64,000 nt of DNA from Spirochaetota bacterium (GCA_026398615.1 JAPLSN010000041.1:2578-66577), one strand, 5' to 3'. Positions 28,097 to 37,898 are shown, counted from the first letter of the stretch. Program-made: numbers and translations. The notes: generated by a model from the letters alone, not told the origin.

Positions 28097-29121
28097 GCGG
28101 GATGTCGGCACGCCTTACCGGCATGCTGCCGCCGGACATCGTATCGGCGTGCGGATTCGACCGCCCGTTCAGGGGCTTGCAGGTCTTCAGGTGGATCGCC
28201 CGCGGCGCGAAGGATTTCGCGTCCATGTCGGACCTTCCCGCGTTGGAACGCGAACGGCTTGGTGCGGATTTCGGCGGTCTCTACGGCACGTCGACGGAAG
28301 CGGGGCTCGAATCGGCCGACGGCACCGTGAAGCTCCGCGTGCGATGCGCTGACGGAGCAGTAGTGGAATGCGTGCGTCTCCTCAACGCCGGAGGCAGGAT
28401 GACCGCCTGCCTGTCCTCGCAGGTCGGATGCCCGATGGCCTGCGTTTTTTGCAGGACCGGAACGCTCGGGTTCCGCAGGAACCTCGAGGCGGACGAGATG
28501 GTCGAACAGGTACTCCACCTCGCAGCGTCCCGGGGCAGGCCTTCCAATATCGTCTTCATGGGGATGGGTGAACCTCTCCTGAACCTCCGGGCGGTCAGGG
28601 CCGCGATCGCCGTCCTGACGCATCCGGAAGGCCTCGGTTACTCGCCGAGGAAGATCACGCTCTCCACCTGCGGCCTGGCTCCCGCCATCAGGGAGCTTGC
28701 CGATTCAGGCCCCCATGTGCGCCTCGCCGTATCCCTGACCGTCGCCGACGACGAACTGAGGTCCGAGATCATGCCGGTCAACAGGTCGCACGGCCTCGCC
28801 GAGCTCAAGGATGCACTGCTGCACTACCAGTCCGTCACGGGCGACCGCATCACGCTCGAAACGGCGCTCATGAAAGGGGTCAACGTCTCGTCGGCGGACG
28901 CGCGGAAACTCGCCGAATGGATCGCGCCGCTCAAGGTCCAGGTGAATCTCATCCCCTGGAACCCGGTGGAGGGCATACGCTTTCAGGAACCGTCCCGCCA
29001 GGAAGTCGAAGCTTTCGAACGCGAGCTGGAAGTTTTGGGCGTCCCCGTCACCAGGCGGACGCGGCGCGGCCGGGGCGTGTCGGGAGCCTGCGGCCAGCTC
29101 GGAGAAACGCTGCAGCGCTGA
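28093..29121 (+). CDS. rlmN: Dual-specificity RNA methyltransferase RlmN
   Basis: CLSSQVGCPMACVFC, NIVFMGMGEPL, RKITLST, VNLIPWN, ACGQL. Confidence 0.96.
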   Translation: MSGMSARLTGMLPPDIVSACGFDRPFRGLQVFRWIARGAKDFASMSDLPALERERLGADFGGLYGTSTEAGLESADGTVKLRVRCADGAVVECVRLLNAGGRMTACLSSQVGCPMACVFCRTGTLGFRRNLEADEMVEQVLHLAASRGRPSNIVFMGMGEPLLNLRAVRAAIAVLTHPEGLGYSPRKITLSTCGLAPAIRELADSGPHVRLAVSLTVADDELRSEIMPVNRSHGLAELKDALLHYQSVTGDRITLETALMKGVNVSSADARKLAEWIAPLKVQVNLIPWNPVEGIRFQEPSRQEVEAFERELEVLGVPVTRRTRRGRGVSGACGQLGETLQR

Positions 29122-29172
29122 AGCGCCACGGCGTTTCTCCGGAGCTCCGCTGACCCGCAGGAAAAACGGCCT

Positions 29173-30852
29173 TCACCTCACGAGGGAAGATCGCACGATT
29201 CCGACGGTCCGCTCGCACAGCAACCTGGCTTCGCCCGCCATCGCCTCCGCCCGGGCGGCGCAATCGGTTTTGAAGGCGGCATCGACGATCGGTCCCAGGT
29301 TGATGAGGACATTGAGGATCGCGCCTTCCACGCCGGCCCTCGCCATGAGCGCGCCGACCCCCGCGTCGCTCGCGGAGTTGGCGTTGCCCTTCTCGGCGGC
29401 GACGAGGCATGCCGAGATGGCTTCCAGGCAGATCCGCGCCGTTTCGAGCGGCACCGCGGCGGCCTTCTTGTAGCCTTCCTGCATCGCGACGTCGCGGGCT
29501 TCCCTTTGCTCCGGCGAGGATTTCGGGAGCTTCATGGCCTCCATGAGCCCATTGAACGCGTTGGTATCCTCGTCCACGGCGCGGACGAGCTCTTCCTTGA
29601 TGCGCTGGCTCCGGACCGCGAGTTCCGACATCGAAGGCCATGCGGCCTCGTACCCCTTTTTCCCGACCGTCAGGTTGGCTACCATGGCCGCAAGCGCTGC
29701 GCCGAGGCTGCCTGCCAGGGCCGCGACCGAACCGCCGCCGGGCGCGGGGGAATCTCTCGACACCTCGTCCACGAATCCGGCAACCTTCATGGAAACGAGG
29801 GGCGCGCTTTCCCGCGCGGCGTACTCGACGATCTTCCGTTCCGGATCGAAGTCGTTCACCGAATCTAGGCCCATCGAGCGCACTGCGACCTCGATCAGCT
29901 CGCGTTCGCTTCCCCCCTCGCTCTTGCCCATCTTCTTGAGGAAATGCCTTCCTGCATCCGCGAGCGGCTCGAGGGGCAGGAGCCCGACGATCTCGCTCCC
30001 CGTCACGACGAGGCCGAGCCTGTCGGCTTCCCGCCTTACGGTTTCCCAGACGACGTGGAGCGGCGTGGTCCGGTAGTCGATGAGGTTGATGGAGACTTGA
30101 GCGCAGCGGTAGGCGTCGATGTACCAGCCTATCGCCCTGACCTCGCTGAGGAGACCGGGCACCTTCACCGGATTCCCGCTTTCGTCCTTGACGACATTGC
30201 CCGAAACGTCCCTCGCGGACCGGCCGCCTTCGCGGATGGTGAGCGCGATGTCGTTGGCGAGCTTCCTGTCCCTGGTGTTCAGATTGACGTTGTACGCGAT
30301 GAGGAATTCGCGCGCTCCCACCACTGTAGCGCCCCAGCGGGGAATGAACGCGGAAGGCCCGTAGTCCGGTTCCCATTCCGGCTTGCCCATTTTGTCGGGA
30401 AGGGCTTCGTATTCTCCGGCGCGGATGTCGGCGAGGCTCGTCCGCCTCGGCGTACGTGCGGCCTTTTCGTAGAGGTAGACGGGGACTGCGAGTTCCCCGG
30501 CGATGCGCTCCGCGGCCTTCCTGGAAATCTCGACACATTCTTCCATCGTAACTCCGGAGACCGGTACGAAGGGGCAGACGTCCATCGCCCCCATGCGCGG
30601 ATGGGCACCGGTATGCAGGGTCATGTCGATAAGATCGAAGGCGGTCCTGGCTGACGCGACCGCGGCCTCGACCACCGATTCGGGATCGCCGACGAACGTG
30701 AACACGGTACGGTTCGTATCGGTTCCCGGGTCCACGTCGAGCAGTTTCACGCCGGTAATTCCGGAAATGGACCGGGCGATGGCATCTATGACGGTCTTGT
30801 TCCGGCCTTCCGAAAAATTGGGAACGCATTCGACGAGCTTGCGAACTGACAT
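29173..30852 (-). CDS. ftcD: Bifunctional glutamate formiminotransferase / formiminotetrahydrofolate cyclodeaminase
   Basis: LVECVPNFSEGR, HPRMGAMDVCPFVP, AQVSINL; C-terminal PAPGGGSVAA cyclodeaminase domain; GAGGAG RBS. Confidence 0.95.
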   Translation of the reverse strand: MSVRKLVECVPNFSEGRNKTVIDAIARSISGITGVKLLDVDPGTDTNRTVFTFVGDPESVVEAAVASARTAFDLIDMTLHTGAHPRMGAMDVCPFVPVSGVTMEECVEISRKAAERIAGELAVPVYLYEKAARTPRRTSLADIRAGEYEALPDKMGKPEWEPDYGPSAFIPRWGATVVGAREFLIAYNVNLNTRDRKLANDIALTIREGGRSARDVSGNVVKDESGNPVKVPGLLSEVRAIGWYIDAYRCAQVSINLIDYRTTPLHVVWETVRREADRLGLVVTGSEIVGLLPLEPLADAGRHFLKKMGKSEGGSERELIEVAVRSMGLDSVNDFDPERKIVEYAARESAPLVSMKVAGFVDEVSRDSPAPGGGSVAALAGSLGAALAAMVANLTVGKKGYEAAWPSMSELAVRSQRIKEELVRAVDEDTNAFNGLMEAMKLPKSSPEQREARDVAMQEGYKKAAAVPLETARICLEAISACLVAAEKGNANSASDAGVGALMARAGVEGAILNVLINLGPIVDAAFKTDCAARAEAMAGEARLLCERTVGIVRSSLVR

Positions 30853-30928
30853 GGTTTCTCCTCGGATACTGCAAATGGCAGGATCGCAGTATACCACGAA
30901 TCACCCGTCCACGGAGCGAAAAACAGCT

Positions 30929-32557
30929 TCAGCCGCGCTCGACCCCCGAAAGGACGCGGGCGCAGGCCGCCACCGCGAAGGGCAGGCCGGCGCCGAGGGC
31001 AAGGTGCAGCCACAGCCAGGCGGGCAGTCCTTCGATAACCGTGACGACCTTGCCGTACGCCCAGAAATCGAGCCCCGCGGCGAGCGAGACGAGGATGATG
31101 ACGAAGGCGGCAGGCGGTATCGCAGGCGACGGGAAGGATCCGTCCTGGCGCCAGGCGCCCTTCGCGCGGAACAGCCGTGGTACCGCCGCCAGGCCGAAAG
31201 CCGCGGCCTGGGCGGTGGTGTTGAAGAATACCGGGAGCGGTCCGGGAACGAGGAGGAGCCCCGAAGCCTCCAGGACGACGAGGAGCATCCCGGTCGCGAA
31301 GGCTGCGACAGCCGGCGTGATTCCCGTCCGTTTCGCGAAAAGCGCCGCGAGAAAGACCACGCCGATGGCCGCGTAGCCCGGGAAGCTCGTCGAAGTGAGC
31401 AAGTCGAGGATCGTTGCCGGAGGACGTAGCGATACGAGCCAGGCCACAGCCACGACGGCCACGGCGGCGAACCTGACCGGTTTCGCGGAGCCTTCCCGGC
31501 CGGGAAGCCAGTCCTTCACCAGCATGGACGATACGGAGAGGATCTGGCTGTCCAGCGTCGACATCAGCGCCGCGAGCGCCGCAAGTCCGAAGACCGCGGC
31601 CATGCCGCCGCCTGCCGCCTGAGCCGACATCCGCATGAAAATGCCTTCGCTGGACGCGCGATCGATGCCAGGGAAGGTGGCTGCGCCGGCCACGCCGATG
31701 CCTACGGTGCAGAAGAACAGGCCCGTCGTGACGATCGGATAGCAGATCGCCGTGAACGCGATCGAGCGATCGCTCCGGGCCCCGATGAAGCGTTGGAAGA
31801 GCTGGGGGAACATGGGATCGGCGAGAAACCACAGGAGCACGTAGCCCGCGTAAGTCCCGAAACTCACGCCCGTCCCCGCACCGGAACGCGAAAGATGACC
31901 GGGCGAAAGGACGGAAAGCCGTTCAGCTGCGGCAGCGAGGCCGCCGTTGGCGGAAACTGCGACGAATGCCGCCGCCGAGCCTCCGACGAGAATCGCCAGC
32001 TGGAGAACATCCGTCCTGACCACGGAACGCATGCCCCCCGCGAGGATGTAGCCGAGGGTGACGGAAGCGACGGCGGCGCAAGCGACTTCGTACGGGACTC
32101 CCGTCGCCGCCGCGATCATGCGTCCCCCGGCGATGATCTGGGCGGCGATGTACGGAAGGGTGCAGGCGAGGAGGGCTGCCGATACCGCCTTCGCGAACCC
32201 GGGCGATCCGTAGCGGTCCCTGATGAGGTCGGACTGGGTCATCCATCCCCGTTCGCGTGCCAGTCTCCGCACCGGCATGCCGACGAGGAGGAAGGCGAAA
32301 GCGACGAAGCCGGTGCCGAACGCCATGACGGGAAGGTAGCTCCACCCGAGGCGATACCCGGCGCCGGAAAGCCCGAATACCGTGAAGGCGGAAAAATTGG
32401 TGGCGGCCATGGTCGCCAGGAGCATGAAGGGCGACAGGTTCCTTCCGCCAAGAACGAAGGATTCGGCGTCGCCTGGAATCCGGCGGCCGAAAAGTCCGAC
32501 GAGGAGGTTGGAGGCCAGGAACAGGAAAACAGCGGCTATGCCGACGGTTCCGGACAC
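30929..32557 (-). CDS. Sodium:solute symporter (SSS family) with a C-terminal small membrane-domain extension
   Basis: FVLGGRNL, ATNFSAFTVFGLSG, GGMRSVVRTD.LQ, AALAALMSTLDSQ. GTG start at 32557 inferred. Confidence 0.88.
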   Translation of the reverse strand: MSGTVGIAAVFLFLASNLLVGLFGRRIPGDAESFVLGGRNLSPFMLLATMAATNFSAFTVFGLSGAGYRLGWSYLPVMAFGTGFVAFAFLLVGMPVRRLARERGWMTQSDLIRDRYGSPGFAKAVSAALLACTLPYIAAQIIAGGRMIAAATGVPYEVACAAVASVTLGYILAGGMRSVVRTDVLQLAILVGGSAAAFVAVSANGGLAAAAERLSVLSPGHLSRSGAGTGVSFGTYAGYVLLWFLADPMFPQLFQRFIGARSDRSIAFTAICYPIVTTGLFFCTVGIGVAGAATFPGIDRASSEGIFMRMSAQAAGGGMAAVFGLAALAALMSTLDSQILSVSSMLVKDWLPGREGSAKPVRFAAVAVVAVAWLVSLRPPATILDLLTSTSFPGYAAIGVVFLAALFAKRTGITPAVAAFATGMLLVVLEASGLLLVPGPLPVFFNTTAQAAAFGLAAVPRLFRAKGAWRQDGSFPSPAIPPAAFVIILVSLAAGLDFWAYGKVVTVIEGLPAWLWLHLALGAGLPFAVAACARVLSGVERG

Positions 32558-32697
32558 GGGAATTCCTTCCCGGGGCCGGGATGGCCGAGAAGGCCTGGCA
32601 TAACCCCGATTGCGAACAGGCATGATCGGGCGGCTTTCGGGCCGCCACGGCAGGCTGCGGGAAAACTTCCCTTTCACCGGCAACCCGCCGGGAAAGC

Positions 32698-32726
32698 ATC
32701 CTAGCCTGACATGCGTTCACGATCAA
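32698..32726 (-). promoter_or_regulatory. sigma70-type promoter for the SSS gene, followed by a structured leader of about 135 nt
   Basis: TTGATC-17 nt-TAGGAT on the minus strand. Confidence 0.55.
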
Positions 32727-33057
32727 GCCTTTCTCCGCACTCGGCTTGACCGCGTCGAGGAGCGGCCGCTATCCTGGACATTCGGTCCGTACACGGATCT
32801 CGCGGAACAGTCAGATAAAAACACTATCCGTCCGGAATGCGCACGCCGCCGATCGCCAGGCGATACTCGCATATGTGCTCCATTCCGTCATCGCAGGTGA
32901 TCCTCCGCCCGTGGATTGCGCGATCGAGTCGCTGGTCCCGCCGTGAGATCCGGCTCCCGCCGCTTTCGACGCGGCGGGATTCGGACGCAGGGAAGACGGG
33001 CCGGACTTCTTCATCTACGAGCTTCCGCTGGAATCGATCGGCCGTTTCCGTGCGTGA
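32709..33057 (+). pseudogene. Probable decayed gene remnant (GNAT-like C-terminus?)
   Basis: Protein-like, GC3-rich frames join across an A5 run (32817-32821) and across an in-frame TGA (32944-32946). No convincing start codon. Confidence 0.4.
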
Positions 33058-33154
33058 CGGCCGCTGACGGCATGCCCGGCGCTGTGCCGCCCTCGGCAAG
33101 CGCGCCCTTCGCCCACTTCACGCGATCACGGCCATTCACTATAATGCCGTCATC

Positions 33155-34921
33155 ATGAACGATGTCAAAAAGGAACGGAACTTCCGCCTCGCTTCGTACG
33201 TCCTCGAGCACAAGGGAGCTTTCGCCGTGGGCTTCGCGTCCATGACGCTCAATGCCGTCGCTCAACTCGCAGGCCCGCTCATCCTGATGGCCGTCGTCGA
33301 CCGCGCCGTTCCGGCTCGCGATACCGGCATGATGGTCGCTTACGGACTCGCCTACGTCGCCCTGGTGATCGCCATGGGCGCGCTCACCTGGGTCCAGACC
33401 GTGGTCGTCGCCAGGATGGGGCTGTCAGTCGTCACGCGCATCAAGCTCGAACTCTTCGACCACCTGCTGCGCCTCCCCGTCGCCTTCTTCGACGGGCATC
33501 CGGTCGGCGAGCTCATGGCGCGCGTCGAAAGCGATTCGGAAAAGGTGAAAGAACTCTTCTCGCGGACGATAGTGACGCTCCTGTCCAACGCATTCTTCCT
33601 CGTCGGCATGATCGTGTTCTTCTTCCTGAAATCCCCGCGCGTGGCACTGTTCGTTGCCCTGCCCATCCCTTTCCTCGTCGCGGCCATCATTTTCGTGTTC
33701 GACCGGCTCCGCCATTTCTTCGAAAAAGCCAGGAAGCTGTATGCCGGAATCTGTGCGTCGATCACCGAGTACATCCAGGGAATCGAGGTGATCCGTGTCT
33801 TCGGGCGGAAAGCCTGGGCGTTGGCCAAGGTGGAAAACCCGAGCCGGGGGAAGCGTGACGCGGAGGTGTCCGGCGAGCTGATCGCATATTCCTTCGAGGG
33901 ATTCCTCGGATTCCTCCTCGGCCCCGTGTTCATCGTGCTCGTCGTCAAGGTGACAGCACCGGGTATCTTCGCCGGGACGCTCACCGTGGGCGCCCTCCTT
34001 GTCTTCATCGAGTACGGTCGCCGCCTCTTCGAGCCCCTGTTCGCGCTCGGCGAGAACGTGCGGCAGATCCAGCAGGCACGCGTCGCGCTCGGCCGAATTT
34101 TCGGCCTTTTCGATCTGGCCCGGGAGCACCCTGGCTCCGGCATTCCCGCATGCTTCGAACGCGAGATCGAGTTCCGCAGAGTGGGCTTCGAGTACAAGGA
34201 AGGCGAACCGGTGCTCGCGGACATCTCGTTCACCGTCGGGAAGGGGCAGACCGTCGCCCTGGTCGGCCCGTCGGGATCGGGCAAGACGACGACGGTCGGG
34301 CTCCTCTGCGCTTTCTACCGCCCGACCCACGGGAACATCCTCGTCGACGGTGTTCCGCTCGCCGATATCGACCTGGTTTCGTGGCGCAAGAAGATCGGCC
34401 TCGTGCTCCAGGACATCTACCTGTTTCCCGGCGACGTGCTCGAAAACGTCCGCGTCTACGACGACTCCGTTCCCGAGACCGCGGTCGTGGACGCGCTTTC
34501 CGTCGCCCACGCGAGGGATTTCGTGGACCGTCTGCCCGAGGGCATCCGCACGGACCTCCACGAGCGGGGCTCCAACCTCTCGCTCGGGGAAAAGCAACTG
34601 CTCTCCTTCGCGCGGGCGGTGGCCTTCAATCCGGAAATCGTGGTGCTGGACGAAGCCACGTCCAGCGTCGACGTGGCCACCGAAAAACGCATCAAGGAAA
34701 GCATGGCGACGCTCCTCGAAGGGCGGACCGCCCTCATCGTCGCGCACCGCCTGTCCTCGGCGCTCGAGGCCGACTCGATCATCTTCTTCAGGGAGGGGAG
34801 GATCGTGGCGAGGGGAACGCACGAAGAACTGTTCTCGGGCTTCCCCGAGTACGCGGAACTCGTTCGGCTGCAGTTCCCCGAATTCAAGCCGGCCGAAACG
34901 ACGGGCGAGGAGGCGTCATGA
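33155..34921 (+). CDS. ABC exporter subunit (TMD+NBD, MsbA/YheH-like)
   Basis: GPSGSGKTT, signature LSLGEKQ, ILVLDEAT-type Walker B (VVLDEATS), AHR. Confidence 0.93.
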   Translation: MNDVKKERNFRLASYVLEHKGAFAVGFASMTLNAVAQLAGPLILMAVVDRAVPARDTGMMVAYGLAYVALVIAMGALTWVQTVVVARMGLSVVTRIKLELFDHLLRLPVAFFDGHPVGELMARVESDSEKVKELFSRTIVTLLSNAFFLVGMIVFFFLKSPRVALFVALPIPFLVAAIIFVFDRLRHFFEKARKLYAGICASITEYIQGIEVIRVFGRKAWALAKVENPSRGKRDAEVSGELIAYSFEGFLGFLLGPVFIVLVVKVTAPGIFAGTLTVGALLVFIEYGRRLFEPLFALGENVRQIQQARVALGRIFGLFDLAREHPGSGIPACFEREIEFRRVGFEYKEGEPVLADISFTVGKGQTVALVGPSGSGKTTTVGLLCAFYRPTHGNILVDGVPLADIDLVSWRKKIGLVLQDIYLFPGDVLENVRVYDDSVPETAVVDALSVAHARDFVDRLPEGIRTDLHERGSNLSLGEKQLLSFARAVAFNPEIVVLDEATSSVDVATEKRIKESMATLLEGRTALIVAHRLSSALEADSIIFFREGRIVARGTHEELFSGFPEYAELVRLQFPEFKPAETTGEEAS

Positions 34922-36699
34922 AGAACGCCCCCCCCGCGAAGGTCCCGCACGGTGCATGGATATGGGCCATCTGGAAGGAGCGCCTCCCGCTGATCGGCCT
35001 GCTCTGCTTCCTGACCCTGCTTTCGAGCGCCGTCGCGGTATCGTACCCCTACCTCGCGAAGCTCCTCTTCGATTCCATCCAGGCTGCGCTCGAATCAGGC
35101 GATGCATCGGCCGGCGGCGCCGTCGTGGACCGCTTCGCGCTCCTTTTCCTCGCGGTCGGCGCGGCCCAGATCGTCGCGGGATTCTTCCCGGCGATCCGCG
35201 GGGCGACCAACTCATTTCTCGAGCATATCATCAGGATGAAATACTTCCGCTCGGTCCTGGACAAGGACTCGCGGTTCTTCGCCACGTTCCGCTCCGGCGA
35301 CGTCGTGACGAGGCTTACCGACGACATCTACGATTTCCCGAAGCTGGCCTGGTTTCTCTGCTCGGGAATTTTCCGCGCCGTCGAATCCGCGAGCAAGATC
35401 GGGTTCTGCATGGCGGCCATGTTCCTGCTGAACCCGAAGCTGACCCTCTACTCCCTGATCCCGGTCCCGCTCATGGTCGCGGTCTTCTGGGTGACCCAGG
35501 ACAGGATCTACGACGCGTTCCAGAGAAACCAGGAAGCCATCAGTTCCATCAACGACCGCCTGGAAATGAGCTTTTCCGGCGTGAGGATCATCAAGGCATA
35601 CGCGGCCGAAGGCAAGTACCGCCGCTTTTTCGAGGCGGATCTCGCCAGGAGGAAGTCGACCGAGATGGCGGCGGTGAAACTCGAGACGGTGCTCACGCTC
35701 ATCGACCAGTACGTGGACTACTTCGCCCAGATCGGCGTCATCTTCGCGGGCGGGCTCATGGCCATCCGGGGCGAGATCACGGTGGGTACCTTCTACGCGT
35801 TCTACAACTACCTGTCCATGCTCCTGTTCCCCATGCTCGACATCCCGCAGCTCTTCCTTTCGGGCAAGCGCGCCTTCGTGAACATCGACCGGCTCGAACA
35901 GCTGCGCGAATTTCCCATCGCGTCCGCAGCTTCGGACGGCGCGCTCGCCCCTGGCGATTTCTCGTCCATCGAGTTCAAAAACGTTTCATTCAGGTACGAG
36001 GGCAGAAAGGAGAACGCCCTCGACAACGTGTCGTTCCGTGTCTCGAAGGGTGAACGGCTCTGCCTCATCGGCCCCGTGGGATCGGGAAAATCGACGGTCG
36101 TCAAGCTGCTCTGCGCCCTCCACGCGCCGGATTCCGGCGCGATCGAGGTGGACGGGATCGATCTCTCCCGCATCAATGCCGACCGTTTCCGCGGGATGAC
36201 GGGCTACGTTCCGCAGGAACCCCTGCTCTTCACCGGCACAATCCGCGAAAACGTGGCATTCGGTTCGCTGGCCCCCGACTGCGCCGTCACGGACGAAGCC
36301 TTCGCGGATGCCATAGATACCGCCCGCATGGGACCGGAAATGGCTTCATTCGCCGATGGGGAGCTCACCCTGCTCGGTCAGCGGGGTTCATCGGTTTCGG
36401 GGGGTCAGAAACAGCGGCTCGCCGTGGCCCGGGCCCTCGTCCGCGCCCCGAAGCTCCTGCTTCTCGACGACATCACCGCGAGCCTCGACGCGTCGAACGA
36501 GGAGCACCTCATGTCCCGGCTGGACGAGGCGTCGGTGGATACCGCCTGCATCGTCGTATCGCACCGTCTCTCGACGCTCCGCTACGTGGACAAGGTTCTC
36601 TTCCTCGACGGCGGGCGGGTCGCCGCGTACGGGACCCACGAGGAGAACCTCGCGGTTCCCGCCTACGCGGAGTTCATGGCGCATCACCTGAGCCGATGA
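34918..36699 (+). CDS. ABC exporter partner subunit (TMD+NBD, YheI-like, degenerate Walker B)
   Basis: ATG 34918 overlaps the previous stop; GPVGSGKST, VSGGQKQR, LLLDDIT. Confidence 0.93.
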   Translation: MKNAPPAKVPHGAWIWAIWKERLPLIGLLCFLTLLSSAVAVSYPYLAKLLFDSIQAALESGDASAGGAVVDRFALLFLAVGAAQIVAGFFPAIRGATNSFLEHIIRMKYFRSVLDKDSRFFATFRSGDVVTRLTDDIYDFPKLAWFLCSGIFRAVESASKIGFCMAAMFLLNPKLTLYSLIPVPLMVAVFWVTQDRIYDAFQRNQEAISSINDRLEMSFSGVRIIKAYAAEGKYRRFFEADLARRKSTEMAAVKLETVLTLIDQYVDYFAQIGVIFAGGLMAIRGEITVGTFYAFYNYLSMLLFPMLDIPQLFLSGKRAFVNIDRLEQLREFPIASAASDGALAPGDFSSIEFKNVSFRYEGRKENALDNVSFRVSKGERLCLIGPVGSGKSTVVKLLCALHAPDSGAIEVDGIDLSRINADRFRGMTGYVPQEPLLFTGTIRENVAFGSLAPDCAVTDEAFADAIDTARMGPEMASFADGELTLLGQRGSSVSGGQKQRLAVARALVRAPKLLLLDDITASLDASNEEHLMSRLDEASVDTACIVVSHRLSTLRYVDKVLFLDGGRVAAYGTHEENLAVPAYAEFMAHHLSR

Positions 36700-36773
36700 A
36701 AAAACCCGACGGTGATCGAGCCCGTCGGATCCGTTGCGAGTCAGCCGTTCAAGCCGCTTTCGCCGGCGACCTG

Positions 36774-37817
36774 TCAGCGCTTTTCAAGCTTGGGATCGAT
36801 GAAATACCCGTTGATGAAAACGGGGATGGAAACGCCCGTGATCATGGCGCCCGCGGCGAAGAAATTGAGTCCGAGGCCCGGATTGTCCGTGTAGTAGAGG
36901 AAGGCTCCGGTGCCCTGGAGGGCCATGCCCGTCGACGCCAGCAGGGTGCCGAGCAGGATCATGGTGTTCTTCTTCCGCATGGTCGTCATGACGATGGCGT
37001 ATTCCGAGAGATCGAGCGACGGCGCGGACGATGCCTGCGCCTCCGCGGCCGGGACGACGGGGACCGCGGGAAGCTCCGCGGCTTCCGTTTTCTCCGACAG
37101 GCCGGATTCCCCGGTTTCCGCGCCGGACTTGAATTCCCTTTCCTGCCAGAACGCCTTTACATCTTCGGGAATGGAGGTCTTCGTGGCTTCCACCCGCGTT
37201 TCGACCTTTTCCACAGTGACCATCTCGCCCGCGGCAAGCATGTAGGTTTGCGGGACGGGTTCCAGCTTTTCGTCCGGCCGGGCGGAGGGTGGCGTCACGA
37301 AGGTCGTCACTTCGACCACGCCGTCGAAACAGTACACCCTCGACAAAGGTTCGCCGGTAGCCGTCTTGGCGTTGCGCGCCGCGATCACGTCGTAGCCGAA
37401 GTCGGTGCCGCGGACCCCGGCGGCCGTGGTCGTCGACCTGACCGCGAACTCTTCCTTGCCGCTCAGCTTGTCGACCTTGGCGCGTACGCGTCCGTAGATG
37501 AGCTGGAACGAGTTCTCGCCACCGGGAACGAGCTTCTGGATGACGAAGGTCGTGTTCTCAGAGAGCTTGAGCATGTCCTTCCGCGGGTAGATCCTGATCT
37601 CGAGGAAGGTGCCCTTTCCCGTCTGTATCTGATCGCCCTGGAAGAGCCTGAAGCCCAGCGGATCGCCCGTCGATACCGCGAGGCCCTTGCGAACGACACT
37701 CAGGTCATCGCCATCGATGTACTCGATCTCCGCGTACGCCTGTGGCGCCTGCCCATGGGCGGTGCCGCATACGACGAATGCCGCGAGGACCAGCCCCGCA
37801 AGAATATTCCGTTTCAT
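36774..37817 (-). CDS. FecR-domain exported protein with a C-terminal hydrophobic hairpin
   Basis: Signal peptide; GDQIQTGKGT.LEI, FQLIYGRVRA, AAGVRGTDFG; two C-terminal hydrophobic segments. Confidence 0.85.
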   Translation of the reverse strand: MKRNILAGLVLAAFVVCGTAHGQAPQAYAEIEYIDGDDLSVVRKGLAVSTGDPLGFRLFQGDQIQTGKGTFLEIRIYPRKDMLKLSENTTFVIQKLVPGGENSFQLIYGRVRAKVDKLSGKEEFAVRSTTTAAGVRGTDFGYDVIAARNAKTATGEPLSRVYCFDGVVEVTTFVTPPSARPDEKLEPVPQTYMLAAGEMVTVEKVETRVEATKTSIPEDVKAFWQEREFKSGAETGESGLSEKTEAAELPAVPVVPAAEAQASSAPSLDLSEYAIVMTTMRKKNTMILLGTLLASTGMALQGTGAFLYYTDNPGLGLNFFAAGAMITGVSIPVFINGYFIDPKLEKR

Positions 37818-37898
37818 GGATACCAATTCTACCGTACATGAGGCCGCTTATCAACGCGGCATTGAAAACCGCCCGATCTACGGGGTATAGTTCGACCG

